A stretch of DNA of 64,000 nucleotides, taken from positions 66,061 through 130,060 of the forward strand of contig CALQZX010000002.1 in NCBI GenBank assembly GCA_943350175.1, given 5' to 3'. This stretch comes from Parcubacteria group bacterium (GTDB taxonomy: Bacteria > Patescibacteriota > Microgenomatia > UBA1400 > PJMF01). Position 1 is the stretch's first letter. Every line of letters begins with the position of its first letter. This document shows, piece after piece, positions 48,593-57,386 of this stretch. Under the pieces are notes generated by a model. The model was given only the letters and a program-made list of their open reading frames with translations, did no database searches and was not told where the DNA came from. A program made the translations under genes and the position numbers.

Positions 48593-49980
48593 TGAATTTT
48601 AAAAATATATTATTAACTTTTGAAGAAAATTGGTCAGAAGATAAAATAAGAAAAAGCTATCTTTTGAATTTAATTAACGCTGGTTTATTTATTTTTCTTG
48701 TTTCTATCATTGCAATTCGAATCTTAGGAGAAATGTTTTTCAATGCATCTTCAAACAAAGAAAGTTTTGTGGTTTTGTTCTCTATTCTTTTACTTTTGAG
48801 TTTTATGATCTTTTTAGTGAAAAAGGGATTTGTTCGAATTGTAGCTTTCTCAATTTTGATTTTGTTGTTAGCCTCTTCTTTAAAAGGCAGTTTTACGTGG
48901 GGATTAGATCTTTATACAGTTGATATGATGTATCCGCTGATTATCTTGTTGAGTGCTATTTTAATTAGCTCAAAATTTTCTTTTTTCATGCTCTTTATTA
49001 TTTGCTTTAATTTATCTCTGATATTTATTTTGCAAGAAAATGGATATTCATTTGCAAGTTCCGCATGGAAGCTATCCACACCGAGTTTCCTGAATTTATT
49101 AACCATTTTGCTTATTTATACTTTGATGACCTTTCTATCCTGGTTGTCATCCAGGGAAATTGAAAAATCTTTAAATAAATCAAGGATTTTGGCTAGCAAA
49201 CTCAAAATGCAGAATGAAAACCTTGAGCAAATAGTTGAAGAAAGAACAAAAGAATTAAAAGTATTGCAGTTAAATCAGCTGACCAGAATTGCTCCGCTTT
49301 TAGATCTTGGAAAGTTATCTGCCGGTCTAATTCATGACGTCAGAGAACCTTTAGCAGTTTTAAGTTTTATTATGCAAAATGCAAGTCAAAATAAAAACAT
49401 AGTAAAAGATTTGGATGAGGCTTTTTTGGCAATTAATAAAATAGATGAACTTTCAAAAATGAGCGCTTGTCAGCTGTTCAGTGAACCCGAATTAGAAATT
49501 TTTAATTTAAATCAAGAAATAAAAAAAATTATTAGTTTATTTGAATATAAAACTAGACTCAGAAAAGTAAGGATTATTTTTGAAACAAATAAAGAATATG
49601 ACTTGCATGCTGACCGATCAAAGTTGAATCAAGTAATAGCCAATTTGATTTTAAATTCATTAGAAGCTTATGAATTTTCTGAAAGTAAAGAAAAATATAT
49701 TTTTATAAAATTAATTAAAAAGCCGAGGAACTTGTTAATTAAAATTAAAGACTATGGAATTGGAATTAATCAAGAAAATTTAATTCACATTTTTGAACCA
49801 AACTTTTCATCCAAAGATAATAAAGAATTTTTGGGGTTTGGCCTCTATGTTAGTCAAGAAGCAATGAAGAAAGTTTTTGAAAGTAGAATTGGATTTGAAA
49901 GTGAAGCTGAAGCTGGTTCTGAATTTACGCTTTTTATAAAAAATAAATTTATTCTCAATGAATTCGCTAAAAGCCATTAA
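48592..49980 (+). CDS. Membrane sensor histidine kinase (HisKA/HATPase)
   Basis: 5-6 TM, coiled coil VEERTKEL, H box LIHDVREPL, N box NLILNS, DYGIGI, IFEP, GFGL. Confidence 0.92.
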   Translation: MNFKNILLTFEENWSEDKIRKSYLLNLINAGLFIFLVSIIAIRILGEMFFNASSNKESFVVLFSILLLLSFMIFLVKKGFVRIVAFSILILLLASSLKGSFTWGLDLYTVDMMYPLIILLSAILISSKFSFFMLFIICFNLSLIFILQENGYSFASSAWKLSTPSFLNLLTILLIYTLMTFLSWLSSREIEKSLNKSRILASKLKMQNENLEQIVEERTKELKVLQLNQLTRIAPLLDLGKLSAGLIHDVREPLAVLSFIMQNASQNKNIVKDLDEAFLAINKIDELSKMSACQLFSEPELEIFNLNQEIKKIISLFEYKTRLRKVRIIFETNKEYDLHADRSKLNQVIANLILNSLEAYEFSESKEKYIFIKLIKKPRNLLIKIKDYGIGINQENLIHIFEPNFSSKDNKEFLGFGLYVSQEAMKKVFESRIGFESEAEAGSEFTLFIKNKFILNEFAKSH

Positions 49981-51769
49981 TTATTTAGAAAATCATTATC
50001 TTGATGATAATCAAGCACTTTTTCCAATTATCTTAATTTTAAATTCTCTAAATAGTTGCCAATTGAAGGGGGCTAATAAAATAAAGAAAGAAATTTTCTC
50101 GTTCCTTATTAAGGAAAAATCATCGAATAACTCATTTAATTATTGGTGCAAAGATTCGGCTAGTTATTTAAAAGAGCCATATCCAAATGATCTGGATGAC
50201 ACTTTTTGTGCTTGGGAGGCTTTGTTTCATTTTGATAAAGAAATTATCAATGAACTCGTTCTATTAGATTTGAGCAAGATTTTGCTTCTCAATCAAAAGA
50301 AAAATTCTGGACCATATTTTACTTGGATTGTGAATAAGAATGATTTTCCAAAATGGAAGAATATTGACCTGTTGGTTAATATAAACATAGCTAGATTTTT
50401 AACATCTCAGAAGATTTTAGTTAAGGGTTTGGACGAGTTTATAGATGAAAAGATATTATCTGAAGACTTGTCATCAGTTTATTACAAAGGAGAATTGGCG
50501 AGTTTATATTTTTTAAGCTATTTTTATAAAGGACAACTTAAAAATAAAATTAAAGAAAAATTAATTTTGTATCTAAATCAAAAGACCTCAGATAGTTCAA
50601 TGATTCTTTTATTTATCGCAACTATTCGTTTTGGTTTTGAAGATTTACTAATCAGTGAGCACTTAAAAATAATTTCATCGTTACAAGAAAAAGATGGTTC
50701 GGTTAATTCTTTTGATTTTTATAATTATAGAAATCAAAAAACTGGTGAGAAATGTTATGGCAGCAAATCGCTGAGCACTGCTTTTTTCTTGGAATTATTA
50801 ATGCTTCTAGAAAAAATGAAACTTAATAAAAAAGAGTCAAAATTAAAAAGTGATTTAATGAGTGTGTTTAAGCAAAAAACTTCGATTCTGAAAGATGAAA
50901 AGATAGAGGAAATACTTGTTAAAAAGGCTAATTCTATTATTAATGGCAAGGAAAGCGATTTAGCCATATTCTTACCAAGGCAGCTGATTATTTCTTTAAA
51001 AAAGAAGGTTAGAATTGGTGACGAAATTATTCTCAGATTATCATTAATTAATCTTTTTGCTTGGCTAGCTTACACAATTTATGATCACATCAATGATCAA
51101 GAAGGAGATTTTGACAAATTACCGATTGCCAATTTAGTTTTTCAGTTGCTTATTAAAGAAGTTTTATTACTACCTAATGGCGCATTCTATCTTTACAAGA
51201 TTATTAATCTTTTCACGATGATGGAAAAGAATTTTTTAGAAGAATTAAATTTTTATCGATTTGATAATCAACCTTGGATGAAAATCTCTGAAATTAATGA
51301 ATCAAAAATTAAAATTTTTTTATATAACAAATCAATTGGTCAGATTTTTTCAGTTTATTTTTTATTGGATTATCTTGAGTTGAAAGACAAGAAAATTATC
51401 TTGGCGATTTTACGTAATCTGATTTTGATAAAACAGATGAATGATGATGCTCACGATTGCTTCAAAGACCTGAGTGCTGGGCAAATCAATAGTGTTAATT
51501 ATATTTTACTCAAACACATTTCCTCTGAGGAAAATAGAAATCAGTTCTTATGTAAAAAAATAGAGGAATTAAAAATTATTTATTATAAAGAAATTATTCC
51601 AGTTTTTTCAAAAAAAATATTCTTATACATTAAAAAAACTAAAAGCTTATTAATTCGACAGACTTTATTAAAAGAAGATGACTTTTTTATGAAAGTTTTA
51701 TCTAAGTATGAAAATATAACTAAGGAAGGTCTAAGGGAAAGAACAAATCTTATCAATTATCTAAACTGA
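49958..51769 (+). CDS. Class II terpene cyclase-like domain fused to ComQ-like prenyltransferase
   Basis: PNDLDDT (DxDD), DLLVNIN, QEKDGS, GS.SLSTA; C-half AYTIYDHIND, NKSIG, QMNDDAHD..DL..G. Confidence 0.78.
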   Translation: MNSLKAINYLENHYLDDNQALFPIILILNSLNSCQLKGANKIKKEIFSFLIKEKSSNNSFNYWCKDSASYLKEPYPNDLDDTFCAWEALFHFDKEIINELVLLDLSKILLLNQKKNSGPYFTWIVNKNDFPKWKNIDLLVNINIARFLTSQKILVKGLDEFIDEKILSEDLSSVYYKGELASLYFLSYFYKGQLKNKIKEKLILYLNQKTSDSSMILLFIATIRFGFEDLLISEHLKIISSLQEKDGSVNSFDFYNYRNQKTGEKCYGSKSLSTAFFLELLMLLEKMKLNKKESKLKSDLMSVFKQKTSILKDEKIEEILVKKANSIINGKESDLAIFLPRQLIISLKKKVRIGDEIILRLSLINLFAWLAYTIYDHINDQEGDFDKLPIANLVFQLLIKEVLLLPNGAFYLYKIINLFTMMEKNFLEELNFYRFDNQPWMKISEINESKIKIFLYNKSIGQIFSVYFLLDYLELKDKKIILAILRNLILIKQMNDDAHDCFKDLSAGQINSVNYILLKHISSEENRNQFLCKKIEELKIIYYKEIIPVFSKKIFLYIKKTKSLLIRQTLLKEDDFFMKVLSKYENITKEGLRERTNLINYLN

Positions 51770-51783
51770 TCTCCCAAAAGCTC

Positions 51784-52416
51784 ATGCGACTGTTAATTTT
51801 TAGTCAAGATAATCAACTATTAAGATTCTTTACTGCAAACTTCCCTAAAAAAGCAATTTCAGACATAGTTTTTTCTAAAGAAGATTTTTTTACCAATTTC
51901 TACTTATATGATTATGATTTAATTTTGTTAGATCTGTTATTTGTGGGAAATAATTATTGCGATTTAATTAAAGAGGTTAGAGAAGAGAATAAAAGAATTT
52001 CAATTATTTGTTTATTTGGAAAAGACAAATTTCCAAATTTGGCTGAAACTTTATCTTTACAAATAAATTATTTATTATTTAAGCCAGATTTGTTTAGTCA
52101 AAATTTGCAAACAAATTCTCTTAATTTATTAAAATTTGATCAAGAAGCAGATCTTTTCTTTACAAGAAATAGAATGCTTAAATTAAGCAAACAAGAACAT
52201 CTCTTATTAAAATTTTTATTTTTAAATCAGCATAAATTTAATTCAAAATTAGAGATAGCCAGAAAGATATTGAAAGAGTCTTATCTCATTGGCTCTAATC
52301 TAGTTGATGTTTACATTTACAGGCTGAGAAAAATTTTAGGAAGCGAATCATCAGGAGTAAAAATAATAAACCGAAAAAATTTTGGTTATAAAATTACTGC
52401 TTGTACAGATTCATAA
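51784..52416 (+). CDS. Atypical OmpR-family response regulator
   Basis: YDLILLD, KP, wHTH SNLVDVYIYRLRK..GY; acidic pocket degenerate. Confidence 0.85.
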   Translation: MRLLIFSQDNQLLRFFTANFPKKAISDIVFSKEDFFTNFYLYDYDLILLDLLFVGNNYCDLIKEVREENKRISIICLFGKDKFPNLAETLSLQINYLLFKPDLFSQNLQTNSLNLLKFDQEADLFFTRNRMLKLSKQEHLLLKFLFLNQHKFNSKLEIARKILKESYLIGSNLVDVYIYRLRKILGSESSGVKIINRKNFGYKITACTDS

Positions 52417-52434
52417 ATTTTGTTATTTTATTTC

Positions 52435-52510
52435 TTGCTGTGGAATATAGTGAAAATCTATAACTGTGCCGCAACGGTGATTCCTTAGGGATTAGTCCGA
52501 TCTTCAGCAA
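52435..52510 (+). ncRNA. Cobalamin riboswitch aptamer (short type)
   Basis: TTGCTG/CAGCAA, GGAA, TATAG-TGAAAAT-CTATA T-loop stem, ACTG-TGCCGCAA-CGGT, AGTCCGA B12-box-like. Confidence 0.8.
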
Positions 52511-52578
52511 AAGAGATATTCTTGACGAGCATCGAGTTAGAGTTATTTTGTAGACTTTAATTTTCTACCACAATCGAT

Positions 52579-52600
52579 GCTCCCTGAGGGGAGCTTTTTT
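52579..52600 (+). terminator. Riboswitch terminator (antiterminator 52527-52535/52574-52582)
   Basis: GCTCCC-TGAG-GGGAGC-TTTTTT; competing GAGCATCGA/TCGATGCTC helix. Confidence 0.78.
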
Positions 52601-52676
52601 GTCTAAAGACCAAGGTAAAGCAATTTATTTATTTTGCTCCAAGGGTTTTCCTTGCGGAGCTAGTGAAAGGTCTGAA

Positions 52677-53390
52677 ATGTCAAAAGAAGAAGGCAGGAAA
52701 GCTTTAGAAATGGCTGGAAGCATTGGAGTTGGTGCGAGCGAAATGGGGGCAAACTGGGCCTCACTCAACACACTTAACTTTTCCTCAATCTTAGAAAATT
52801 TAGGTCAAGAAATCGGGATGAGCAGTTTTGAATGGCAAAAAATTTTATCTCAGGCTGGTTTGTGGATGATAGATGGCTTAGATGCAAGAATTACTAATTT
52901 GCAAAACAAGGCTGTCGAACAGAGCACAGCAATTGAATTAAGACAGATGTTTGGCGTGCCAATTTCTTTACTAGCAATGCCTGTTTTCGTTGAATTGGAA
53001 GGCATGGAATTAGCTGCAAAGATTGATCTGAAACAAGAAGCATTGGCAACTTCTCAACTATGGGAGCAAATTAATAATAGGTTGCTTTATGCTATTCAGT
53101 TGTTTTTGGCAGAACAAATTAATTTGGTAGAAGAAGATAAGCTTGCGCATGAAGCAGCCTTGACTGAGTCAAAAAAGGAAGCAGATGATGTCCCTGCCTT
53201 GGCAGAAACAATTCAAAGAATAGGAGAAAAATTCAAATTAAAGCTGGCAGAGTTGGAAAAAAATAAAGATTCTTTATTAAATGCTTTTTCAAAAGTAAGC
53301 AAAAATACCATTGCTTCCGTTGAAAGAGTTTTCGAGACGACGGTTTTTAGTGCGCGAGGACAGAGTTTGACTACGGTTTCTATAAAATAA
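52677..53390 (+). CDS. Hypothetical helical protein downstream of cobalamin riboswitch
   Basis: ATG 52677 with GAAAGG RBS, 237 aa, no recognised motif. Confidence 0.75.
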   Translation: MSKEEGRKALEMAGSIGVGASEMGANWASLNTLNFSSILENLGQEIGMSSFEWQKILSQAGLWMIDGLDARITNLQNKAVEQSTAIELRQMFGVPISLLAMPVFVELEGMELAAKIDLKQEALATSQLWEQINNRLLYAIQLFLAEQINLVEEDKLAHEAALTESKKEADDVPALAETIQRIGEKFKLKLAELEKNKDSLLNAFSKVSKNTIASVERVFETTVFSARGQSLTTVSIK

Positions 53391-53438
53391 AAAGCTGGAG
53401 ATATTATTGAGAGATAGAGAATATGCTTTTTTATTGTG

Positions 53439-53509
53439 ATCCCGGGTCAGGATTCGAACCTGAAATAACTGATTCAGAGTCAGTGATGATGCCATTTCAC
53501 TACCCGGGA
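53439..53509 (-). tRNA. tRNA-Gln(CTG), CCA not encoded
   Basis: TCCCGGG/CCCGGGA acceptor (U1-A72), ACTGA-CTCTGAA-TCAGT, TCAGG-TTCGAAT-CCTGA. Confidence 0.95.
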
Positions 53510-53557
53510 GTGTGATTTTAAGATTATTTTACCTTCTAATTATATAACAAAATAATT

Positions 53558-54229
53558 ATGAAGAGGATCTTAATTCTTGAGAGCGATTGGCTTGTTTTAT
53601 CTACTCTAAATGATTATCTAAAAAAGAAGGGCTGTCTAGTAAATTGTGCTCAAACAATTGAGAGAGCCAAAGTCTTACTTCTTAAACATAAATTCGACCT
53701 ATTTATTTGCGAACGCATCTTGGAAGAGGGTGACGTTTTAGATTTTTTAGATTCTATTAAAGAGAAAAAACTATTCATGAGGGTCTTGGTTGTCAGTCAA
53801 AAAAAATCATTATTAGATAGAATTGATACTTTAAAATTAGCCAACGATTTTCTAGCCAAACCATTTAATTCAACTGAACTTTATTTGAAAATTGACAATC
53901 TGCTGAATTTAGAAAGAATTGGCGGCGATGAATTCATAGAAAATTCACTTTTTTTGCTTAAAGATTCAGCTGGCTTAGAAAATAAAAATCATTTTCGTCC
54001 TCAAGAATTAAAAATTCTTGAATGTCTCCTCAAGCATAAGAATATGGTAATTTCTTATGAGACGATCTCCTCATATGTTTGGGGTTATAGAGATTCGTTC
54101 CCTCTTAAAAAAACCATTAGTGTCTATATTAGAAGAATAAGGACTAAGCTATTCTTACAAAATTTGAAGATCATGACTGTCAAAAATAGAGGTTATAAGC
54201 TTATTGATTTAAAGGAAAAAAGCATTTAA
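53558..54229 (+). CDS. OmpR-family response regulator with Asp-to-Glu phosphoacceptor
   Basis: ILILESD, FDLFICE, DFLAKPF, ISVYIRRIRTKL..RGY. Confidence 0.88.
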   Translation: MKRILILESDWLVLSTLNDYLKKKGCLVNCAQTIERAKVLLLKHKFDLFICERILEEGDVLDFLDSIKEKKLFMRVLVVSQKKSLLDRIDTLKLANDFLAKPFNSTELYLKIDNLLNLERIGGDEFIENSLFLLKDSAGLENKNHFRPQELKILECLLKHKNMVISYETISSYVWGYRDSFPLKKTISVYIRRIRTKLFLQNLKIMTVKNRGYKLIDLKEKSI

Positions 54230-54671
54230 CGGTAGTGCCTCTATTTTTTTTGGAAAATATTTTTAGATATCCGCCAAATTCTTTTTTTATTTCTTTATTA
54301 ATTTTTTGAAGATCTGATTCTTTGGACCCATCTCCTAGAATTAATATACTTTGTTGGAGCAGCTTCTTGGAAAGAAAAGATATGCCGCTTCCACCATCAG
54401 TTATGCTCAACGACAGCTCTTTTTCACTTTCTAATTTGCTGGTTAATAAAATAATTTTATTTGGTATTTTTTTTGGATATGCTTTTTTAGCTTGTTTAAT
54501 TAAACTAAAAATTAGTCCTTGGAAAATAGCTTCGTTCCCAATAATCTCAAGTTCTTTTGGAACGTCTATTTTGCAACTATAAATAAAACCTTTTTTAATT
54601 AAAGAACTGAGAGTTATGACTTCTCTAATTTTTTGATTAACAGGAATTTTTCTCGCTTCAATTCGCTTCAT
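54201..54671 (-). CDS. Stand-alone degenerate HATPase_c domain
   Basis: ITDGGSGI G1 box and GGYLKIFS..RGTTV end; no H box, N and G2 boxes degenerate. Confidence 0.75.
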   Translation of the reverse strand: MKRIEARKIPVNQKIREVITLSSLIKKGFIYSCKIDVPKELEIIGNEAIFQGLIFSLIKQAKKAYPKKIPNKIILLTSKLESEKELSLSITDGGSGISFLSKKLLQQSILILGDGSKESDLQKINKEIKKEFGGYLKIFSKKNRGTTVKCFFPLNQ

Positions 54672-54691
54672 TAAAATATCTTAAAGCGACA

Positions 54692-54713
54692 ACTTAAAAT
54701 TTACTTAAAATTT
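54692..54713 (-). promoter_or_regulatory. 11-bp direct repeat (TTTAAG-N5-TTTAAG), candidate OmpR-family box
   Basis: AAATTTTAAGT x2 on minus strand; second TTTAAG 9 nt upstream of TAAGAT -10 of the HATPase gene. Confidence 0.55.
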
Positions 54714-54715
54714 TA

Positions 54716-56197
54716 CTATGGATTTGCTATCTCTATCTCCCACACCTCCAAACACGGTGCGCCATTTGGCCTACAGAAGCTCGCTAGACGCTGTTTAGGC
54801 GGTATTTCCATCTTTAAGCGGTGTGAATTAACCACCAATAATTTCAAGTCAAATCCTTCAGCCTTTTCCCAGAAACTTTTCGGAATATTTCGGACAGGTT
54901 GGCCAATGCCTTCCACATAAATATTTTTCACATCTTGATTGTGTAAATTTAGCAGAATTCCATCTGGTAGTGTCCCAAAATAACCCTCCGTTGCTACCGC
55001 CACCTTTTGCGTCTTAGCCAATTCTTGAATCATCTCTGTCACTTCCTTAATTCCGTGTCCAGAAGACCATTCTTGCAAGAATTGCTCGCGATCAACTTTG
55101 CTCAATTGCAGCTGATCGACATTAAAGTAAGCATTTTTGATAAACATTGCATAAGGCAAAATAATCAGCAGCAAAGCCAAATACCTAATAACTTTCTTCT
55201 CACGTAAATTATGGAGAGTAATAGCCGCTGAACTGAGGAAAAAGAAAGCGCTTGGCAGTATGTAGCGAGGATAAATGATTTTGCCAAGCAAAACCAAAGG
55301 CAAAATAAACAATATTCCAGATAAAAATAAAACCGTTTGTTTGCGACGAGTTTTGGCAAAAGCTGGCAAAGCCAAAACCAAGATCACTGGGCCTAAATAA
55401 GTCATCAATTGTTCCATAAAGAAAGTAGTATTGTGAACAATTACTGGCCAGATGGCAGTAGAAAAAATCACTTCTTTGCTTTGCAGGAAATTACCACCGA
55501 CCGCAAATAATTGACTGAATAAAGGTACGACTTTGAAACTGGCAAATGCCAAGCCAGCCAAAAGCAAACCAGCACTAATTTTCAAGCCTTTTTCGACAAT
55601 CAATTTAAGAGTGAGTTTCTCCTCAAAGAAAATTGCCAGATAGAAAACCGGCATGAAAAGCAAGGCTGGAGTTTTGCTCATGATTGCTAGGAAGAAAAAA
55701 CCCGCTAATCCTAGAATTGCCCACAGACTTTTGTTTTTCACAATCAACAAAGTGAAATAATAAGCCACGATTAGATTCGCCAAGAGCAAAGCATCGGTAA
55801 TGGCCAGGCGATTGTGAAAGAAGATAAAAGGATTAATGATTGCCAAAAACATCGCCAGGTAAGCGGCTGATTTTTCTTTAAGCTTGGCCAAGATCAGGAA
55901 AATAAAAGACACACTCACTGCTCCGGCCAAAACCGAGACTAATCTAGCAGCGTAGAGCTGATCGCTAAAGAAGTGTAGAAAAGGCACCATTAACCACATC
56001 AAGAGTGGAGTCTTGCCATCGTTCATAGGATAGAAAAGGTAGCGATTAAAATCATCGATAATCAATTGAGCCCAACGAATATAGATTGATTCATCGGCAA
56101 AGACTGGCAAAGCAGTCAAATGAAAAAGCTGTAGTGCAAAATACAAAACCAAGAGCAATAAAAAGAAAAACCAAGCTTTATTCTTCACGCTTCCCAT
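54716..56197 (-). CDS. GT-C glycosyltransferase (ArnT/PMT family)
   Basis: PVFADESIY, DGKTPL, multi-TM. Confidence 0.85.
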   Translation of the reverse strand: MGSVKNKAWFFFLLLLVLYFALQLFHLTALPVFADESIYIRWAQLIIDDFNRYLFYPMNDGKTPLLMWLMVPFLHFFSDQLYAARLVSVLAGAVSVSFIFLILAKLKEKSAAYLAMFLAIINPFIFFHNRLAITDALLLANLIVAYYFTLLIVKNKSLWAILGLAGFFFLAIMSKTPALLFMPVFYLAIFFEEKLTLKLIVEKGLKISAGLLLAGLAFASFKVVPLFSQLFAVGGNFLQSKEVIFSTAIWPVIVHNTTFFMEQLMTYLGPVILVLALPAFAKTRRKQTVLFLSGILFILPLVLLGKIIYPRYILPSAFFFLSSAAITLHNLREKKVIRYLALLLIILPYAMFIKNAYFNVDQLQLSKVDREQFLQEWSSGHGIKEVTEMIQELAKTQKVAVATEGYFGTLPDGILLNLHNQDVKNIYVEGIGQPVRNIPKSFWEKAEGFDLKLLVVNSHRLKMEIPPKQRLASFCRPNGAPCLEVWEIEIANP

Positions 56198-57386
56198 TAA
56201 ATAGGAAAACTACCCCACTAAGCAAGAGGTAGAAAGCTGGAATTAGCCAAGTAACGGCTTTTTGCAGAGGTTCCAAACTACTGGTGTCCAAATGAAAACT
56301 CATCCAAGGAATGTAATAAAACCAAGGCACATTGCGAAGTAGAGAAGATAGTGAAAAAACGATCAATAAATTACGCCAAAATTTAATTTTTACCATTGGT
56401 ACAAAAATCAAAGACCATAATAAATACCAAGGCAAAAATTGCTTGGAACGATCAGTGAGGAGTGGCGCAAACATGGCCAAACTCATCAGCTCGTAGCTAT
56501 ATTTCTCTATTAGCTGAAATAACTTTATCTTGCTGCCAAGTTTTTCTTTAACCAAGAAATAGCCGATGAAAGGCAATAAAACTACCGTGGCAAATTTAAT
56601 CGAAATGGAAAAAACCATCAACAGCACGATCAAAATAATTCTCAGCAACTTGTTTTTCTTAAACTCGCTCGCCAAATAAACAGCCAAAAGCGCTGGTGCC
56701 AGCATCCATAAATCGTTGTGAGCGCTGCTAAGAATTTCGATCAAAACTAGTGGGTTGAGAAAGAAAAGAGCAAGCTTTTGATAATTTTCTTTTTTGAAGA
56801 ATTTTTCGCTAATTAATAAGGTGAGTAATAAAGATAAAAAGGCAAATAATTTAAAGACAAAAAAAGTACTTAGGAATTTGCCAAATCCCGCCACATACGG
56901 CGCTAGAGATAAGGCTGTCCAACCATAGCCATAAGGAGCTGGTGTATGGGTATTATTCATAAAGCGTAGCAATGGATCATTGGCAAAATCCAAAGCAGTT
57001 TTGATGTGCGGATTGGTGCCATATTCGACTACCATTTTGGCGTTAAAAATATAATTAAAGAGATCATGAGAAAGGCCATTATAAGAAAGAATTAAAGGCA
57101 AACTAATAATAATTAAAAATTGCCAAAAGTTTTTTCTAGAATTTAAATTTAATTTTTCAAAGTTTTTGAGAATTAATAAATAATTAGCAAAAATTAAAAC
57201 AACTAAGACAAAAAAGAAAACGGTGCGAAAACTTTGCAGTGGTAAGACATTTTTCCAGAGATAAGTTTGAAAATTTACAAACCAATCATATTTAAGTAAG
57301 ATTAAATTTGGATCAGCAACCACAAAAGAAAACAGCGCGAAAATCACGAAAAGAAAAAAATAAGAAATCAACCAAAATTTTTTCAT
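56178..57386 (-). CDS. GT-C membrane glycosyltransferase (MptB/GT87-like)
   Basis: SHDLFNY, APYG..W, NPL..IE..S.HND, FLPWY. Confidence 0.75.
   Translation of the reverse strand: MKKFWLISYFFLFVIFALFSFVVADPNLILLKYDWFVNFQTYLWKNVLPLQSFRTVFFFVLVVLIFANYLLILKNFEKLNLNSRKNFWQFLIIISLPLILSYNGLSHDLFNYIFNAKMVVEYGTNPHIKTALDFANDPLLRFMNNTHTPAPYGYGWTALSLAPYVAGFGKFLSTFFVFKLFAFLSLLLTLLISEKFFKKENYQKLALFFLNPLVLIEILSSAHNDLWMLAPALLAVYLASEFKKNKLLRIILIVLLMVFSISIKFATVVLLPFIGYFLVKEKLGSKIKLFQLIEKYSYELMSLAMFAPLLTDRSKQFLPWYLLWSLIFVPMVKIKFWRNLLIVFSLSSLLRNVPWFYYIPWMSFHLDTSSLEPLQKAVTWLIPAFYLLLSGVVFLFNGKREE

Noticed and set aside
52608-52619. 12-mer GACCAAGGTAAA shared with the minus-strand RNA near 4160-4172
   Set aside because: Single 12-nt match in different structural contexts; expected by chance in 64 kb.
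52599-52676. TTG start for the riboswitch-controlled gene
   Set aside because: Lies in the terminator U tract; ATG 52677 has an RBS.
48440-53439. Integrated island at the tRNA-Gln 3' end
   Set aside because: Region is AT-rich, but I see no integrase and no duplicated tRNA 3' end (att site).
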